Part shown: piece by piece, positions 24,038 through 26,299 of the stretch
Layout of the letters: each line of letters opens with the position of its first letter
How positions within the stretch are numbered: position 1 is the first letter of the stretch
Assembly (NCBI GenBank): GCA_002269645.1
Contig: NIVC01005100.1
Location: forward strand, 1-26,299
Direction: 5' to 3'
Length of the DNA stretch: 26,299 bases
From: Macrostomum lignano
Taxonomy: Eukaryota
Position numbers and translations under genes: made by a program
Notes under the pieces: model-generated
Databases searched by the model: none
Seen by the model: only the letters and a program-made list of their open reading frames with translations
Told to the model about the DNA's origin: nothing

Positions 24038-24105
24038 CTAACCCTAACCCCTAGCTAACCCTAACCCTAACCCTAACCCTAACCATAACCCTAACCTAAC
24101 CCTAA
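24038..24105 (-). repeat. Interstitial telomere-like (TTAGGG)n tract, copy 4
   Basis: Same tract, followed by a ~30-bp deletion relative to copies 2 and 3. Confidence 0.88.
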
Positions 24106-25003
24106 AGTCATAATAGCACTACTACAGGATTATAGCGATTCCCTACAAGCCTCGACATCGTAGGATTCCCAAATGAATCTCTTAACTTCGACATGAAGCT
24201 TTTATTTTTTTTACATTACGCTTTTTTATTATCAGCGATCCCTCCCCTGAGGAGGCATCAAATAATGTAATAAAAAGTTACAATAAGTTTTCAATAAACT
24301 ACATGTAGCTTCTGACTTTAGCCTTGAAATCTCATTTATCCCCCCGTGAGCCTTGACATCTCAGCTATTCCCCCCGTAAGCCTTGACATGTCAGCGATGG
24401 CCCCATAAACCTTGAAAACTAAAAAATCCCCTGTTAACTTGAAACCCGATAAAATATAACCCTCAACCCAACCTGACTAAACCTAACTTTAACCCAACCT
24501 AAAGCCTTGAAATCTCAGCAATTCTTCTCCCCTAAGCCTTGACATTTTAGTGATTCCTTCTTTAAGAATCACAGCACTATAACGATTTCCACCAAGCTTT
24601 GACATCGTAGCAATTCCCAAATGAATCTTTTAACTTCGACATGACTTTTCTTTTATGTATACATAGTGCTACTTTTATTTTTTACATGACTCTTCTTCTA
24701 TCAGCGCCCCCCGTGGCGAGCCAACAAAGAATGCAATAAAAAAATTGAGTAAAGTACATGAACTTTGAAGTAGCTTCTGACTTTTGCTTGACATCTCAGA
24801 AACCCCCCCCCGTAAACTCAGTTATTCTCTGAGAGCCTTTACGTTCATATTCTCTGAGAGCCTTTACGTCTCAGTTTTCTCCCCAGCACAGCATTATAGC
24901 TGCATTTAACTTTTACATGACACCTTCATGTCTGACATGACGCTTCTTTTATTCTACCATGATGCCTTCTTAATTTTTTAAATGACACTTTCATTAGTTT
25001 TAA

Positions 25004-26299
25004 ATGAGGCTTCTATGATTTTTTGACGCTTCTATGATTTTTTACATGACGCTTCTATGATTTTTTACATGACGCTTCTATGATTTTTTACATGACGCTT
25101 CTACGATTTTTACATGACGCTTCTATGATTGTTTACATGACGCTTCTATGATTGTTTACAATGACGCTTCTATGATTGTTTACATGACGCTTCTATGATT
25201 TTTTTAAAAACGCTTCTATGATTTTTATATGACGCTTCTATGATTTTACATGACGCTTCTATGATTGTTTACATGACGCTTCTATGATTTTTTAAATTAC
25301 GCTTCTATGATTTTTAAATGACGCTTCTATAATTTTTTAAATGACGCTTTCTATGATTGTTTACATGACGCTTCTGTGATTTTTTAAATGACGCTTCTAT
25401 GATTGTTTTACATGACGCTTCTATGATTGTTTACATGACGCTTCTATGATTGTTTACATGACGCTTTTATGATTGTTTACATGACGCTTCTATGATTTTT
25501 TACATGACGCTTCTATGATTTTTTAATGAGCGCTTCTATGATTTTTTATGACGCTTTTACGATTTTTTACATGACGCTTCTATGATTGTTTACATGACGC
25601 TTCTATGATTTTTTACATGACGCTTCTATGATTGTTTTACATGACGCTTCTATGATTTTTTACGCTTCTATGATTGTTTACATGACGCTTCTATGATTTT
25701 TTAATGACGCTTCTATGATTTTTAATGACGCTTCTATGATTTTTAAATGACGCTTCTATAATTTTTTACATGACGCTTCTATGATTTTTAAAATGACGCT
25801 TCTAAATGATTTTTATATGACGCTTCTACGATTTTTTACATGACGCTTCTATGATTTTTACAATGATGCTTCTATGATTTTTTATAGACGCTTCTATGAT
25901 TTTTTTACATGACGCTTCTATGATTGTTTACATGACGCTTCTATGATTGTTTACATGACGCTTCTATGATTTTTACATGACGCTTCTATGATTGTTTTTA
26001 CATGACGCTTCTATGATTTTTATATGACGCTTCTATGATTGTTTACATGACGCTTCTATGATTTTTTAATGTTACGCTTCTATGATTTTTAATGACGCTT
26101 CTATGATTTTTACATGACGCTTCTATGATTTTTACATGACGCTTTTATGATTGTTTACATGACGGCTTCTATGATTGTTTACAATGACGCTTCTATGATT
26201 CGTTTTACATGACGCTTCTATGATTGTTTACATGACGCTTCTATGATTGTTTACATGACGCTTCTATGATTGTTTGCATGACGCTTCTATGATTTTTTA
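25004..26299. repeat. 21-23 bp satellite array 5 (runs off window)
   Basis: Same monomer; variant order follows the start of array 3. Confidence 0.96.

Larger units (their letters stand above)
23813..26299 (-). mobile_element. Non-autonomous Helitron-like element, copy 4 (5' part outside window)
   Basis: CTAG at 23813-23816, hairpin at 23825-23840, same arm and satellite as copy 2, with many homopolymer indels. Confidence 0.78.

Noticed and set aside
8837-26299. CRISPR interpretation of the 23-bp repeats
   Set aside because: Monomers are contiguous with no unique spacers, there are no cas genes, and the context is eukaryotic.

Overview
Eukaryotic (probably animal) repeat-rich DNA with no intact protein-coding gene that I can support. 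Left part (1-7433): a ~60-bp minisatellite, a 5'-truncated, internally deleted and frameshifted RTE-like non-LTR retrotransposon (~2603-4390, + strand), a decayed MITE and unassigned sequence that includes a possible decayed hammerhead ribozyme. Right part (7434 to the end): at least four non-autonomous Helitron-like elements on the - strand, joined head-to-tail with exact CTAG|TC junctions. Each has a TC 5' end and (CTTG)n (seen in the three complete copies), a tRNA-Ser(GCT)-like Pol III cassette (same three copies), a 1-4.7 kb array of a 21-23 bp satellite, decayed internal copies of its own 3' end, a (TTAGGG)n-like tract and a hairpin+CTAG 3' end. Copy 1 also carries a hAT-type MITE with an 8-bp TSD and an internal rearrangement. 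All calls come from reading the sequence; no database searches were run.
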